IMG/VR virus record: IMGVR_UViG_3300045988_105383
DNA from: a virus
Strand: one strand, 5' to 3'
Length of the DNA stretch: 64,000 nt
Below the pieces are notes generated by a model. It saw only the letters and a list, made by a program, of their open reading frames with translations. It searched no databases and was not told where the DNA came from. Shown here one piece after another: positions 37,555 through 45,493 of this stretch; the stretch's first letter is position 1, and every line of letters starts with the position of its first letter. The position numbers were made by a program, and so were the translations under genes.

Positions 37555-37563
37555 TTTTCCTCC

Positions 37564-38211
37564 TTATAAACTTAAAACCATTGGCGGCATCTGTCGCCTC
37601 TGCACATAACCCCAGAAGGTTTCCGCCTTCTCCAGCAGCCATGCGAGGTCATCCTCGCAGTTCGCCCGTTCAATGTGGCGTGTCCGAATCGACCAGTCAC
37701 CGCGGACGTCTTCCAATGCTGCAAACAAGTCTACGAACTCCCAACCCGTAGCGAGGAGCTGAAAAAGCGTCTGGCAATAATAGTTGTCCGGTATCTTCCC
37801 ATCCGCCCACTTTTCATAGTCCGCTTTTTTCATAATCTGGCCGGTCTTGATCTCCAAAATTCCTCGCCGACCGCTCTCATCGGTTAATTCTCCGTCAAGG
37901 GTTGATGTCAACCAGTGGCGCTCGCTCTGCGCCAGAATGTCATACGGATAATGCTCGACTTGGACTTTAGGGTTCATAGCGGCGTACAGTGTTCTAAACG
38001 CCGGTTCCATCCGAACGCCGCGCTCCACAGCCTCGTTTTCAGAAATGTCCTTTGCTTTTTTCTGTCCCGTTTTGATTTTCCAGAGCTCCACCGGTGACAT
38101 CCATGGTGACAGGCCGCAGACCGCCGCCGCATCTGATCCGCCGATTCCAAGTTCCTGCCGGCCCTGCAGCCAGCTTTCCCGGTCCTCAAAGTGCTTTCGT
38201 ATCAGGCTCAT
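37564..38211 (-). CDS. YqaJ-type exonuclease
   Basis: GIGGSDAAAVCGLSPWMSPVELW and ILEIKT motifs. Confidence 0.8.
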   Translation of the reverse strand: MSLIRKHFEDRESWLQGRQELGIGGSDAAAVCGLSPWMSPVELWKIKTGQKKAKDISENEAVERGVRMEPAFRTLYAAMNPKVQVEHYPYDILAQSERHWLTSTLDGELTDESGRRGILEIKTGQIMKKADYEKWADGKIPDNYYCQTLFQLLATGWEFVDLFAALEDVRGDWSIRTRHIERANCEDDLAWLLEKAETFWGYVQRRQMPPMVLSL

Positions 38212-38438
38212 ACCGTAGCCGCCTGTCTCATGTCTTCAGCCGGAATGTGTGCCTTTCTGCATATCCGGTTCAGTTCCCCGAGCGTGAAGAGTTCCGGCGC
38301 ATTCATCTTTTTTCTTGCAGTCGTCGGCGAGCAGTTCAGAATTTCTGCCACCTGCGGCGGCGTGACATATCCGCGGATCAACCGCGTGATTGAGAAGAAA
38401 TCCGGCTGCTTTTTTCTGCTGTTTTTAAGATACGGCAT
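38208..38438 (-). CDS. Small HTH-like protein
   Basis: YVTPPQVAEILNCSPTTARKKM segment. Confidence 0.45.
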   Translation of the reverse strand: MPYLKNSRKKQPDFFSITRLIRGYVTPPQVAEILNCSPTTARKKMNAPELFTLGELNRICRKAHIPAEDMRQAATV

Positions 38439-38450
38439 TGTCTCCCCCCC

Positions 38451-38879
38451 TCATGCTGTTCCAATAATCATCATACGGAATGCCTCTCGGCCCTTCGCCG
38501 TAACCACCTGCAAGAGATAGTCCGGGTTCAGAATCGCCGCCTGCAATGTCTCGGGAGTCATATAAGCCCCATGCTTACGGATGCTCGGAAGCACCTCAGA
38601 CGTTACCCACTTGCGGAAAGGCTTTGCCTCCGGTTTGTCGGAACGAAGAATCACGTTGTAAAGTCCGGATTCGTTGACGCAAAGCATTTCTCGGCTCTGA
38701 CCACCTGACACGAATTTAATTCGGGTCAGCTCCTCCTGGTCAAGACGTGTGGAGATTTTGTTTGTATCGGTCAGCCCTAGAACATCGCACACGTCTTTCA
38801 GCACGAACCACGGTTCACCGTCAATCTGTACGGTTCTTACTGAAGCCTCTTTGTAATTGAAAATCCGTAATTCGTTCAT
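38451..38879 (-). CDS. Bro-N domain antirepressor-like protein
   Basis: LRIFNYKEASVRTVQIDGEPWFVLKDVCDVLGL...; start MNELRIF behind GGAGGGAG. Confidence 0.8.
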   Translation of the reverse strand: MNELRIFNYKEASVRTVQIDGEPWFVLKDVCDVLGLTDTNKISTRLDQEELTRIKFVSGGQSREMLCVNESGLYNVILRSDKPEAKPFRKWVTSEVLPSIRKHGAYMTPETLQAAILNPDYLLQVVTAKGREAFRMMIIGTA

Positions 38880-39133
38880 TCTCCCTCCGCCTTTTCGTCG
38901 CACATCGAAACAATGTCATCTTCGCCGCAGTTGTAAATTGCAGCAAGTACACGGCGGTATTTTCTCTGCGGACGTGATTTTCCGTTTTCCCATTGACTTA
39001 CTGCGCTCTGCGCAACATTCAATACTTTTGCGACTTCACGCTGTGTCATACCGGACATGAGTCGGAGCTTCTTTATGGTTCTGATGCTATCACCTCGCAA
39101 ACCTAATAAATATAAGTTTTTATTGACAAGCAT
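38876..39133 (-). CDS. Cro-like XRE-family HTH regulator (start uncertain)
   Basis: IKKLRLMSGMTQREVAKVLNVAQSAVSQWENGKSRP; first gene of the long minus-strand operon. Confidence 0.7.
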   Translation of the reverse strand: MLVNKNLYLLGLRGDSIRTIKKLRLMSGMTQREVAKVLNVAQSAVSQWENGKSRPQRKYRRVLAAIYNCGEDDIVSMCDEKAEGE

Positions 39134-39151
39134 AAAGCACAGTGATAGAAT
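39123..39151 (+). promoter_or_regulatory. Sigma-A-type promoter toward cI-like gene
   Basis: TTGACA-17 nt-TAGAAT. Confidence 0.55.
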
Positions 39152-39226
39152 GAAATTGTCTGAAAATCATAGTATCGATGCGCTTTATGCGGTCATTTTC
39201 TATACCCTATCAGCGAGTACATTCAT

Positions 39227-39255
39227 ATAATACCTTATGTTATTTAGTTTTTCAA
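39227..39255 (-). promoter_or_regulatory. Sigma-A-type promoter toward cro-like gene
   Basis: Minus strand TTGAAA-17 nt-TATTAT. Confidence 0.5.
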
Positions 39256-39312
39256 GTGCATTTCCTAAATTTCATTAGGTTTGTATGATTTAACAAAATA
39301 GAGGTACATAAT

Positions 39313-39693
39313 ATGAGCAAGATGCCAAGATCAGAAGAGGACATCACTTTAACGAGGATTCTCTCTCTCATCGAGAAAAATGAGGACGGGTCCTATAAAT
39401 TTGGAGCAAAAAAAGCCTTTGCAGAAAGCATTGGATACACTGGTGGCGAAATCATCAACGCTTGGGAAAATGGTTCCAGCAAGTCCTATCTCAATAAAAT
39501 CTATATAATCGCAACTGTACATCACGTCTCGCTCGCGTGGCTCGCTGGTGAGAGTGATGAAAAGTATGAAAAAAATGAACTCGCCGATTCCGACGAGTCC
39601 ATTTCTGACTTTTTGCTTTTAAACGATGCTAATAAAGCAGTTATTCGAGCCGCGATCTCTGATTTGCTAAGAGGTCAGAAATCATCTGAGTGA
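39313..39693 (+). CDS. cI-like HTH repressor candidate (no peptidase domain)
   Basis: KKAFAESIGYTGGEIINAWENGSSKS...VSLAWLAGES; divergent from cro-like gene; RBS AGAGGT. Confidence 0.55.
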   Translation: MSKMPRSEEDITLTRILSLIEKNEDGSYKFGAKKAFAESIGYTGGEIINAWENGSSKSYLNKIYIIATVHHVSLAWLAGESDEKYEKNELADSDESISDFLLLNDANKAVIRAAISDLLRGQKSSE

Positions 39694-39784
39694 CTTTCGT
39701 TTTGTTTTCGCTGTTCAATTTTGAAAAACTCTCTTTTACACGCCTGTATTCTTGCATTACTTCGTTCCAGCTCTTTTCCATCAT
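39641..39784 (-). CDS. Small convergent ORF (47 aa), uncertain
   Basis: MMEKSWNEVMQEYRRVKESF... behind GAGGGAA; overlaps the 3' end of the cI-like gene. Confidence 0.3.
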   Translation of the reverse strand: MMEKSWNEVMQEYRRVKESFSKLNSENKTKVTQMISDLLANQRSRLE

Positions 39785-39946
39785 TCGTTCCCTCGATTCT
39801 TTCTTGTTCCATGTTCTTATACTAAAACGTTTGTTTGTATTTTGCAATATCCAGTCTGCACAAATCGGCCCCAGAATTTTCTACATTGAGCCGCAACATT
39901 CGTCCTCATTATTGTACGTCAAATATGCTATGCTCAGCGTTTTATG

Positions 39947-39996
39947 AAGCCATGACGAGTCATGGCTTGCCCAGCCTGGCTGGGCAGTTCATTTTT
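39947..39996 (+). terminator. Tandem hairpins plus T-run
   Basis: AAGCCATGA-cgag-TCATGGCTT then GCCCAGC-ctg-GCTGGGC followed by agttcATTTTT. Confidence 0.55.
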
Positions 39997-40237
39997 CGCC
40001 TGAAAGGAGTCTTTCCGATGGGTTGAATCGCCCCAAGGCCGAGACATGTTTGAAAGCGGCCCCGCCGCCGTGCCACCGGCGACGGAGCCTATAGCAGATT
40101 CGCCTTTACACATCATCTGCTACGCTTCTATCGTACCAGAATTTGGTGTGGAAAGTCCACGCCTTGGATTTCAAAACACTCCCCTGTTTTGATAAAACGC
40201 TACCCTGTTTTGCAAATTCTGCTATTGGAGGCTCGAA

Positions 40238-40864
40238 ATGTCCACATCAATGGAAAAACTATCGCCCTATTTCGATTCCTTCTCTGTGAAAGTCAAGCAG
40301 CGAAGGAACGAGCTGGGTCTAACTGTAAACGCGCTCTCCGAAAAGTCTGGTGTCCCCTATTCAAACGTCAGCCGCATCAACGCCGGCACGCAGGCAAATC
40401 CTCTGCTGTTCAACTGTGCTGCCATGGCTGATGTTATGGGTTTGTCACTTGACGAACTCTGCGGCCTTTCTGTCTCTGGAAATGATGATTTCCAATCGAA
40501 AGACCGGCTTCACGCCCTAGAACTGGAAAGCGCGCAGAAGGATGCAGAGATTCAGCGACTCAAGGGCCTTGTAAACACAGCTACCGCAACAGCCGATGGG
40601 TTTAAAAAACTCGATGAGTACAAAATATCGCAGTCTGCTGTGCATCGCCCTGTAGAGTATGCACAGTTTGTGACGAACATCATTTTGACGTTCTTCCTGG
40701 TTGTCTATCTCATCATTGACTTTCAAATCAAGGATGCCGGGCTTATTCGTTTCGGAAGTTTCAGTGTTTTTGCATGGATCATCATTCTCATCATAGCTGT
40801 GGCCACTATTACGGTCACGATTTCGTTTTCCAGATATCTAGGCAAAGCTAAAAAGAAGAAATAA
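40238..40864 (+). CDS. Membrane-anchored XRE-family HTH protein
   Basis: N-terminal HTH (LGLTVNALSEKSGVPYSNVSRINAGTQANP), coiled coil, two C-terminal TM helices (IILTFFLVVYLIIDF, VFAWIIILIIAVATITVTI). Confidence 0.65.
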   Translation: MSTSMEKLSPYFDSFSVKVKQRRNELGLTVNALSEKSGVPYSNVSRINAGTQANPLLFNCAAMADVMGLSLDELCGLSVSGNDDFQSKDRLHALELESAQKDAEIQRLKGLVNTATATADGFKKLDEYKISQSAVHRPVEYAQFVTNIILTFFLVVYLIIDFQIKDAGLIRFGSFSVFAWIIILIIAVATITVTISFSRYLGKAKKKK

Positions 40865-40911
40865 CCTCCTCCGTCCAGCGATACATATCAAAAATTTCAA
40901 GAGAAAGAGGT

Positions 40912-41106
40912 ATGGCAAAATTGAAATCTAATAGTGAACGCGACAAACTCGTGCTGGACGCACTCAACGAAAACATCAAGAAGGCCCCATCGCTCGGCAT
41001 TTGCGCTGAGACCTTCTATGCTCTCAAGCAAGAATTCCTTCGTATTATGCAGGAGCGTGACGACGCTCTAAAACAGCTTCAGGATCAGGAAGACCATGAA
41101 ATGTAA
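40912..41106 (+). CDS. Hypothetical protein upstream of integrase
   Basis: 64-aa helical ORF overlapping int start by 11 nt. Confidence 0.45.
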   Translation: MAKLKSNSERDKLVLDALNENIKKAPSLGICAETFYALKQEFLRIMQERDDALKQLQDQEDHEM

Positions 41107-42202
41107 ATCCTGCGGCCGCGAAATCGAGGACAATTCTCTGTTCTGCAATTGGTGCGGAGAAAAACAGATCAAAGCACGCAAGAAGAAGGATGAACTCAAG
41201 GTCCCAACTCCGAGGAAACTCCCCAGCGGAAACTGGCGGATTTATTTGGACGCAGAGAAGCAGAGTATCACAGAGCCAACGAAGGAACTGTGCATTGCAA
41301 AGGCAAAAGCCATCCGCGCTGGCTTCATCGAGCAAAAGAAAAATACCTCAAGAATCACGCTCGGAAAAGCAATCGATAAAATGATTGCAGAGCGGGGGCC
41401 TTCTCTTTCCCCTTCTACACGCCGCAACTATATGTCATATCGAAAAAATCACTTTCTCGATTATATGGGTCGTGACCTTTCTGGAATTACAAGGAGTGAA
41501 TGGCAGATTGCCATTGGCGAAGAGCTGAAGCATTGTTCCGCAAAAACTGTCTGTAATATGTGGGCTCTCGTGACAGCCACGATGAACTATTTAGAAATCA
41601 CTCCTCCAAAAGTTACTCTTCCTAAATTCAAGAAAGGCGGTCGCCCTTATCTTGACTATGAGCAAATCAAAGTGTTCACAAAAGCAATCAAGGGCCAAGA
41701 CGTGGAACTTGCAGCTATATTAGGTCTTCATTCTCTTCGCCGTTCAGAAATTATGGGGCTCGCTCGCTCCGATCTGCATTTTGAGTCCAAAGGATTTGAA
41801 TACATTTCTGTTTCTGGCGCAGTCGTTTTTGATGAGAACGGTAAGTTAGTCAGCAAAGAAACAAACAAGTCATCCAAATCTACCCGCCAAATTCCGGTCC
41901 TTATTCCAAGACTTCTTGAAATCATACCCGAAGCCGATGGACCATTGATGAATTGTAATCCTAACACGATATGGAGGAGAATCAATCGGATTTGTGAAGC
42001 AAATAATTTACCGAAGGTCGGAGTACATGGTCTGCGTCGTTCCTTTTGTTCATTGGCTTATCACCTTAACTGGTCGGAGCAGCGTACCATGGATGTTGGA
42101 GGTTGGGATGATTTAAAAACAGTCCATGACTTCTATTTGCACGAAGCCCAAAAAGACAAGGACAAAAGCACAAATCGTATGCGGAAATTCTACGAGAAAT
42201 AA
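41096..42202 (+). CDS. int: Tyrosine integrase with N-terminal zinc ribbon
   Basis: MKCKSCGREIEDNSLFCNWCG; SAM-like N domain; LRRSEI, HGLRRSF, GGWDDLKTVHDFYLH catalytic motifs. Confidence 0.9.
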   Translation: MKCKSCGREIEDNSLFCNWCGEKQIKARKKKDELKVPTPRKLPSGNWRIYLDAEKQSITEPTKELCIAKAKAIRAGFIEQKKNTSRITLGKAIDKMIAERGPSLSPSTRRNYMSYRKNHFLDYMGRDLSGITRSEWQIAIGEELKHCSAKTVCNMWALVTATMNYLEITPPKVTLPKFKKGGRPYLDYEQIKVFTKAIKGQDVELAAILGLHSLRRSEIMGLARSDLHFESKGFEYISVSGAVVFDENGKLVSKETNKSSKSTRQIPVLIPRLLEIIPEADGPLMNCNPNTIWRRINRICEANNLPKVGVHGLRRSFCSLAYHLNWSEQRTMDVGGWDDLKTVHDFYLHEAQKDKDKSTNRMRKFYEK

Positions 42203-42404
42203 CCACTCGATTCCATTTTGCTCAAAAGCAGTTGGAATACAGATGCGAGTTATTGACCCTCCGAGCAACTTGAAGTCGTGCCGATTTTCGTGCCGATTTT
42301 CGTGCGTTTTTGGCTGACTGAAAGGTCAGAATAATGACTAAATAGTTAGTCATGTGGTGCTCTTGCGTTATGGTAGTTTCGCCGCAATATATTGAAAATA
42401 CAAG

Positions 42405-42437
42405 AAAACCCGGTAATCTCGACGATTGCCGGGTTTT
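42405..42437. terminator. Hairpin with T-runs on both strands
   Basis: AAAACCCGG-15 nt-CCGGGTTTT followed by CTCTCTTT (+); on the minus strand it follows the tRNA fragment and is followed by TTTTCTTGTATTTT. Confidence 0.5.
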
Positions 42438-42444
42438 CTCTCTT

Positions 42445-42471
42445 TGGTGCTGATGGCGGGACTCGAACCCG
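42445..42471 (-). other. tRNA 3'-end fragment (T-arm 3' half, acceptor 3' strand, CCA) = candidate att core
   Basis: Minus strand CGGGTTCGAGTCCCGCCATCAGCACCA; no D-arm, anticodon arm or 5' acceptor strand (GCTGATG) to the right. Confidence 0.6.
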
Positions 42472-42472
42472 A

Positions 42473-42913
42473 CTATAAATAAGCATAAACGTTGAAAATA
42501 CAAGGTATAAATATATCGTGCAAAATTCCGTGCCGATTTTTTGCATTAAACCAAAGTAAGGCCAAGGCTTCTTTTCCGGAAATCTTATGCATCACCGAAA
42601 GGTACAGATTTAACATCAACGAATGCAGCAAATGTGGTTTCAACGGTATTCGGCAGAACTTCATTGATTTTTTCTTGCATGACCCAAACATATAGCAAAA
42701 GCAATCCTGCGCCTGCGTTTTTTTCTTCGCAGTGCTTTTTCTTTTCGCAAAGGTCCGTGATACCGAAAAGCCGTGCATTCGCTTCCAGCCATTTGGAATC
42801 GTGAACCACAAATCGCTTTGCGAGCAGGCCCCGTGTTCCGCAGCTCTCCATATAGTTTCAAAGCGATCTCCGTAGTATTTTTGAATCGCTTCTTTTCGGG
42901 ATATTCTATCCAC
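42473..42913 (-). pseudogene. ORF of doubtful integrity running up to the att core
   Basis: GTG 42913 behind AAAGGAGG; N-terminal roughly 60 aa look protein-like, remainder degenerates; a second frame (42585-42851) also looks coding, suggesting a frameshift. Confidence 0.3.
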
Positions 42914-42914
42914 T

Positions 42915-43109
42915 CTAGTCCTCCTTTTCCTTGAAGCAGCTCCGGATTTTGATTCCCTTAGAGATTTCAAATTCCGCGAGATAGAATCTACGCTGAGGAT
43001 GTATCCAAATCACATTTCCGTAATATACTTTCGTTGTGCTGTCGCTTCTTCCATCCGCATGATCTGCCAGCGAAAATTTTTTCTTCACTTTATCTCCGAC
43101 CTGAATCAT
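42915..43109 (-). CDS. Hypothetical small protein
   Basis: 64-aa ORF MIQVGDKVKKKF... Confidence 0.4.
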   Translation of the reverse strand: MIQVGDKVKKKFSLADHADGRSDSTTKVYYGNVIWIHPQRRFYLAEFEISKGIKIRSCFKEKED

Positions 43110-43278
43110 TTTTTCTCACTTTCCCTTCTGTTGCAGGCCGATACACTTTTCCATCTTTGTATGCTTTATAGCCGGCCTTCATCATATTTCTGATCGTCGT
43201 ATCACTGTAAATGCAGCTCTCATGGCTGGTTGTCATCATGACTTGTCCATCAAGCGCTCGGACAATCTTGAATTCCAT
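43090..43278 (-). CDS. Hypothetical small protein
   Basis: 62-aa ORF downstream of DnaC-like gene. Confidence 0.4.
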   Translation of the reverse strand: MEFKIVRALDGQVMMTTSHESCIYSDTTIRNMMKAGYKAYKDGKVYRPATEGKVRKNDSGRR

Positions 43279-43284
43279 ACTTTC

Positions 43285-44127
43285 CTACCTCCCAGAGCGT
43301 AGCCTCCAGTTTTTGTCTGTCCCTGTGTTTCTCAGGCAGAATCCCTTCGACCGCTCATAGATGCGGCTCCCAAGAGCTTCGTCCAGCTCCAAAAGCTCAC
43401 TGATGCTCCGCTCCGTAGAAATCACCGTCAGCTTATCCGGCTGATTGTAGCGCGCCATCAGAATTTCAAGGGCAACGTCTGTGTCTGCCTTTGTCGGCAC
43501 TTCGTTTTTGCCGCACTTGAGAAAATCGTCGATGTAGAGCACATCCGCCGTCTTGTACTTGCGGAGCTGGTCGCTGCGCTCGTCCATGTCCCCGTCGTAG
43601 GACTTCAGGGCGCGGATTTGATCGCGCCACATGAGGTACTGCACCGAGCGGCCCTGTTTCAGCAGTTCTCCGCAGATCGCCACGCAAAGGTGGGATTTGC
43701 CGGAGCCGACCGCGCCGGACATCACAAACCAGCCTTTTTGTTCCTGCAAGTACCGCTCCGCCGTCCGCTTTGCCGCCGCTTGCCATGGCTCCACAGTCTG
43801 GAACCGGTCGAGGGTATAGATCTGCAAAAGGTCTTTCAGTCCGCTGGACTCCGCCCGCTGGATGCTGTTCCGCGCGTCCATACAAGCGCACCGAACCATC
43901 GTCACGGCATTGTGGCGAATCTCTGCGATGCACCCTCGGTTTTTGCAAAGTGGGCAATCGTAGCCCGTCAGCGTCCCCGGATTAGCATTGAACGAATCGC
44001 AGCGGAATTGCAAGTAGGCCGCGTTGTCAAAGCTCGATGATATCGAGGTCCCACTGACGCTTAGCCTCTGTCTGATTTGCGCTGGAATTTTGATCTGTTC
44101 CAAGTTTTTTTCTCCTCTCGCGTTCAC
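43285..44127 (-). CDS. DnaC/IstB-like AAA+ helicase loader (start uncertain)
   Basis: Walker A GAVGSGKSHL, Walker B ADVLYIDDF; N-terminal Cys cluster CPLCKNRGC...RCAC; 101-nt overlap with upstream ORF. Confidence 0.8.
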   Translation of the reverse strand: MNARGEKNLEQIKIPAQIRQRLSVSGTSISSSFDNAAYLQFRCDSFNANPGTLTGYDCPLCKNRGCIAEIRHNAVTMVRCACMDARNSIQRAESSGLKDLLQIYTLDRFQTVEPWQAAAKRTAERYLQEQKGWFVMSGAVGSGKSHLCVAICGELLKQGRSVQYLMWRDQIRALKSYDGDMDERSDQLRKYKTADVLYIDDFLKCGKNEVPTKADTDVALEILMARYNQPDKLTVISTERSISELLELDEALGSRIYERSKGFCLRNTGTDKNWRLRSGR

Positions 44128-44728
44128 TCGATTCCCAAGTCAGGAACTTTTGTTTCCAGTTCTTTACCTCCTGACCTTTGGAGTCCACCCAGTTTCCGGC
44201 AGTGAAATACTCGAAGAATTTCTGCGCCAAATCCGGAATTCCACGCTTGACGGCATATTCTTTCACTTCCTCTAACGTAGGTGGCATAAACTCTTTGTTC
44301 TTACCTTTCTTCTTAGAAACAGAAATATCTTCTTTTTTATTTCCATTTCCATTTCCATTTCCTAAAGGTAATACCATGGTATTACCATCTGTGTTACCAG
44401 CGTCGATACCAGATGCGGCGTTTCCTTTATTCCATCGTTTGGCGATATTCTCTCTCTGACGCTGACAATGAGCGTCGCGTTTTTCGATCTCCTGCTCCAT
44501 ACGGTGGTTGTAATATTTTCCCTCTTCGTCCTGCTGAAATTTGCTCATAACCTCGTCAGATGGCTTCTTGACAGCGCGCGTGATCTCCTGCATCGTCATG
44601 TGCCCCCGTTCCCGTTGGAGGCACAGAAGCGTGATATATTGCCCACGCTCCCGCATATCCATCAAGGCGCATCCGGATAGGAAATCGGACGTATAAAACA
44701 GGACGGCCGGGTCTTTTCCACTTCCCAT
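44027..44728 (-). CDS. DUF1376 (YdaU)-type replisome organizer
   Basis: DPAVLFYTSDFLSGCALMDMRERGQYITLLCLQRERG N-terminal motif; upstream of DnaC-like loader; ATG behind GGAGGT. Confidence 0.6.
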   Translation of the reverse strand: MGSGKDPAVLFYTSDFLSGCALMDMRERGQYITLLCLQRERGHMTMQEITRAVKKPSDEVMSKFQQDEEGKYYNHRMEQEIEKRDAHCQRQRENIAKRWNKGNAASGIDAGNTDGNTMVLPLGNGNGNGNKKEDISVSKKKGKNKEFMPPTLEEVKEYAVKRGIPDLAQKFFEYFTAGNWVDSKGQEVKNWKQKFLTWESSERERRKKLGTDQNSSANQTEAKRQWDLDIIEL

Positions 44729-44742
44729 AAGCAAAGTACCTC

Positions 44743-45171
44743 CTAGAACGGTAGATCAGGGTCTTCATCCGTCATTTCTGCAAATCCAGCCGGTTCCAAC
44801 GTAGCATTTGGAGCCGGTACATGAGGCGAGGAGCTTTCAGCTCCATTTTTCGGCTTGCTGTCACCGAAGTAGATATCTGACGCAACCACCTCCATAATGC
44901 TTTTCTTCTTTCCATCGCGGTCCTCATATTTCCGCAAGGCAAGCCTGCCGGCGATGATAGCCATGCGCCCTTTCGTGAAGTTGCGAGCCAAGAACTCGGC
45001 TGTATTCCCCCACGCTACCAGCGGAACGAAATCTACCTCACCTGTCTCTCCCGGCCTTGTGTAGTCCCGCTCCACGGCCAGAGACACTGTCGCAACGGCC
45101 GTTCCTTTTTGTGTACGTCTTAACTCCGGATCGGCGCAGAGCCGTCCGGCTAAAATTACTTTGTTGAGCAT
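44743..45171 (-). CDS. ssb: Single-stranded DNA-binding protein
   Basis: MLNKVILAGRLCADPELRRTQKGTAVATVSLAV...; C-terminal acidic tip DEDPDLPF. Confidence 0.9.
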   Translation of the reverse strand: MLNKVILAGRLCADPELRRTQKGTAVATVSLAVERDYTRPGETGEVDFVPLVAWGNTAEFLARNFTKGRMAIIAGRLALRKYEDRDGKKKSIMEVVASDIYFGDSKPKNGAESSSPHVPAPNATLEPAGFAEMTDEDPDLPF

Positions 45172-45298
45172 TTGCGTTCTCCTTAATGTTTTGGAACGAT
45201 GCGCCGAACCGCTCATTCGCCGCGACACATCGTTTGAATTTTGTTCGTGTCTTTTTGCGTTTTAAAAATAAAATGGTTCCTGCGCGCGGAAAGCGCCT

Positions 45299-45469
45299 TT
45301 ACAGGAGCGCGAAATCCAGTGTGAATGTCAGAGCATAAAGGATGAGAAGAAACTCGCAAAAGAAAATGGCGGCCCACAGAGGCTTCCGGAGTTTGACCGC
45401 GATCACCACGGCGGCCGATACGGGAATCAGAGCCAAAAGGTTCGCTACTCCTGCAGCAACTTCCAGCAT
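45299..45469 (-). CDS. Tiny two-TM membrane protein (56 aa), uncertain
   Basis: Own translation MLEVAAGVANLLALIPVSAAVVIAVKLRKPLWAAIFFCEFLLILYALTFTLDFALL, directly downstream of the hydrolase. Confidence 0.35.
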   Translation of the reverse strand: MLEVAAGVANLLALIPVSAAVVIAVKLRKPLWAAIFFCEFLLILYALTFTLDFALL

Positions 45470-45493
45470 TTTTACACGATCTCCTTTCCCTTG

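Larger units (their letters stand above)
1..42471. mobile_element. Temperate long-tailed phage region (accessory genes, lysis, tail, head, packaging, recombination/early genes, cro/cI-type switch, integrase, att core)
   Basis: Continuous minus-strand gene train from cro-like gene (39133) to endolysin (1720) with terminase, portal, capsid, tape measure; integrase 41096-42202 followed by tRNA 3'-end fragment 42445-42471. Confidence 0.8.
42277..42540. promoter_or_regulatory. attP-like recombination region with arm-type direct repeats
   Basis: CGTGCCGATTTT at 42277, 42289 (plus degenerate 42301) and 42529; TTGAAAATACAAG at 42392 and 42492; palindrome ATGACTAA-atag-TTAGTCAT 42334-42353; hairpin 42405-42437; tRNA fragment in the centre. 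Confidence 0.55.

Noticed and set aside
39835-40026. 63-aa plus-strand ORF in the cI-XRE intergenic region
   Set aside because: It has no RBS and it spans the tandem terminator hairpins. Its sequence is dominated by the palindromes, so it is more likely non-coding.
42445-42525. Possible complete tRNA gene next to the integrase
   Set aside because: Only the T-arm 3' half, the acceptor 3' strand and CCA are present. The expected 5' acceptor strand (GCTGATG on the minus strand), D-arm and anticodon arm are absent from the about 50 nt to the right, and the first T-stem pair is already mismatched.
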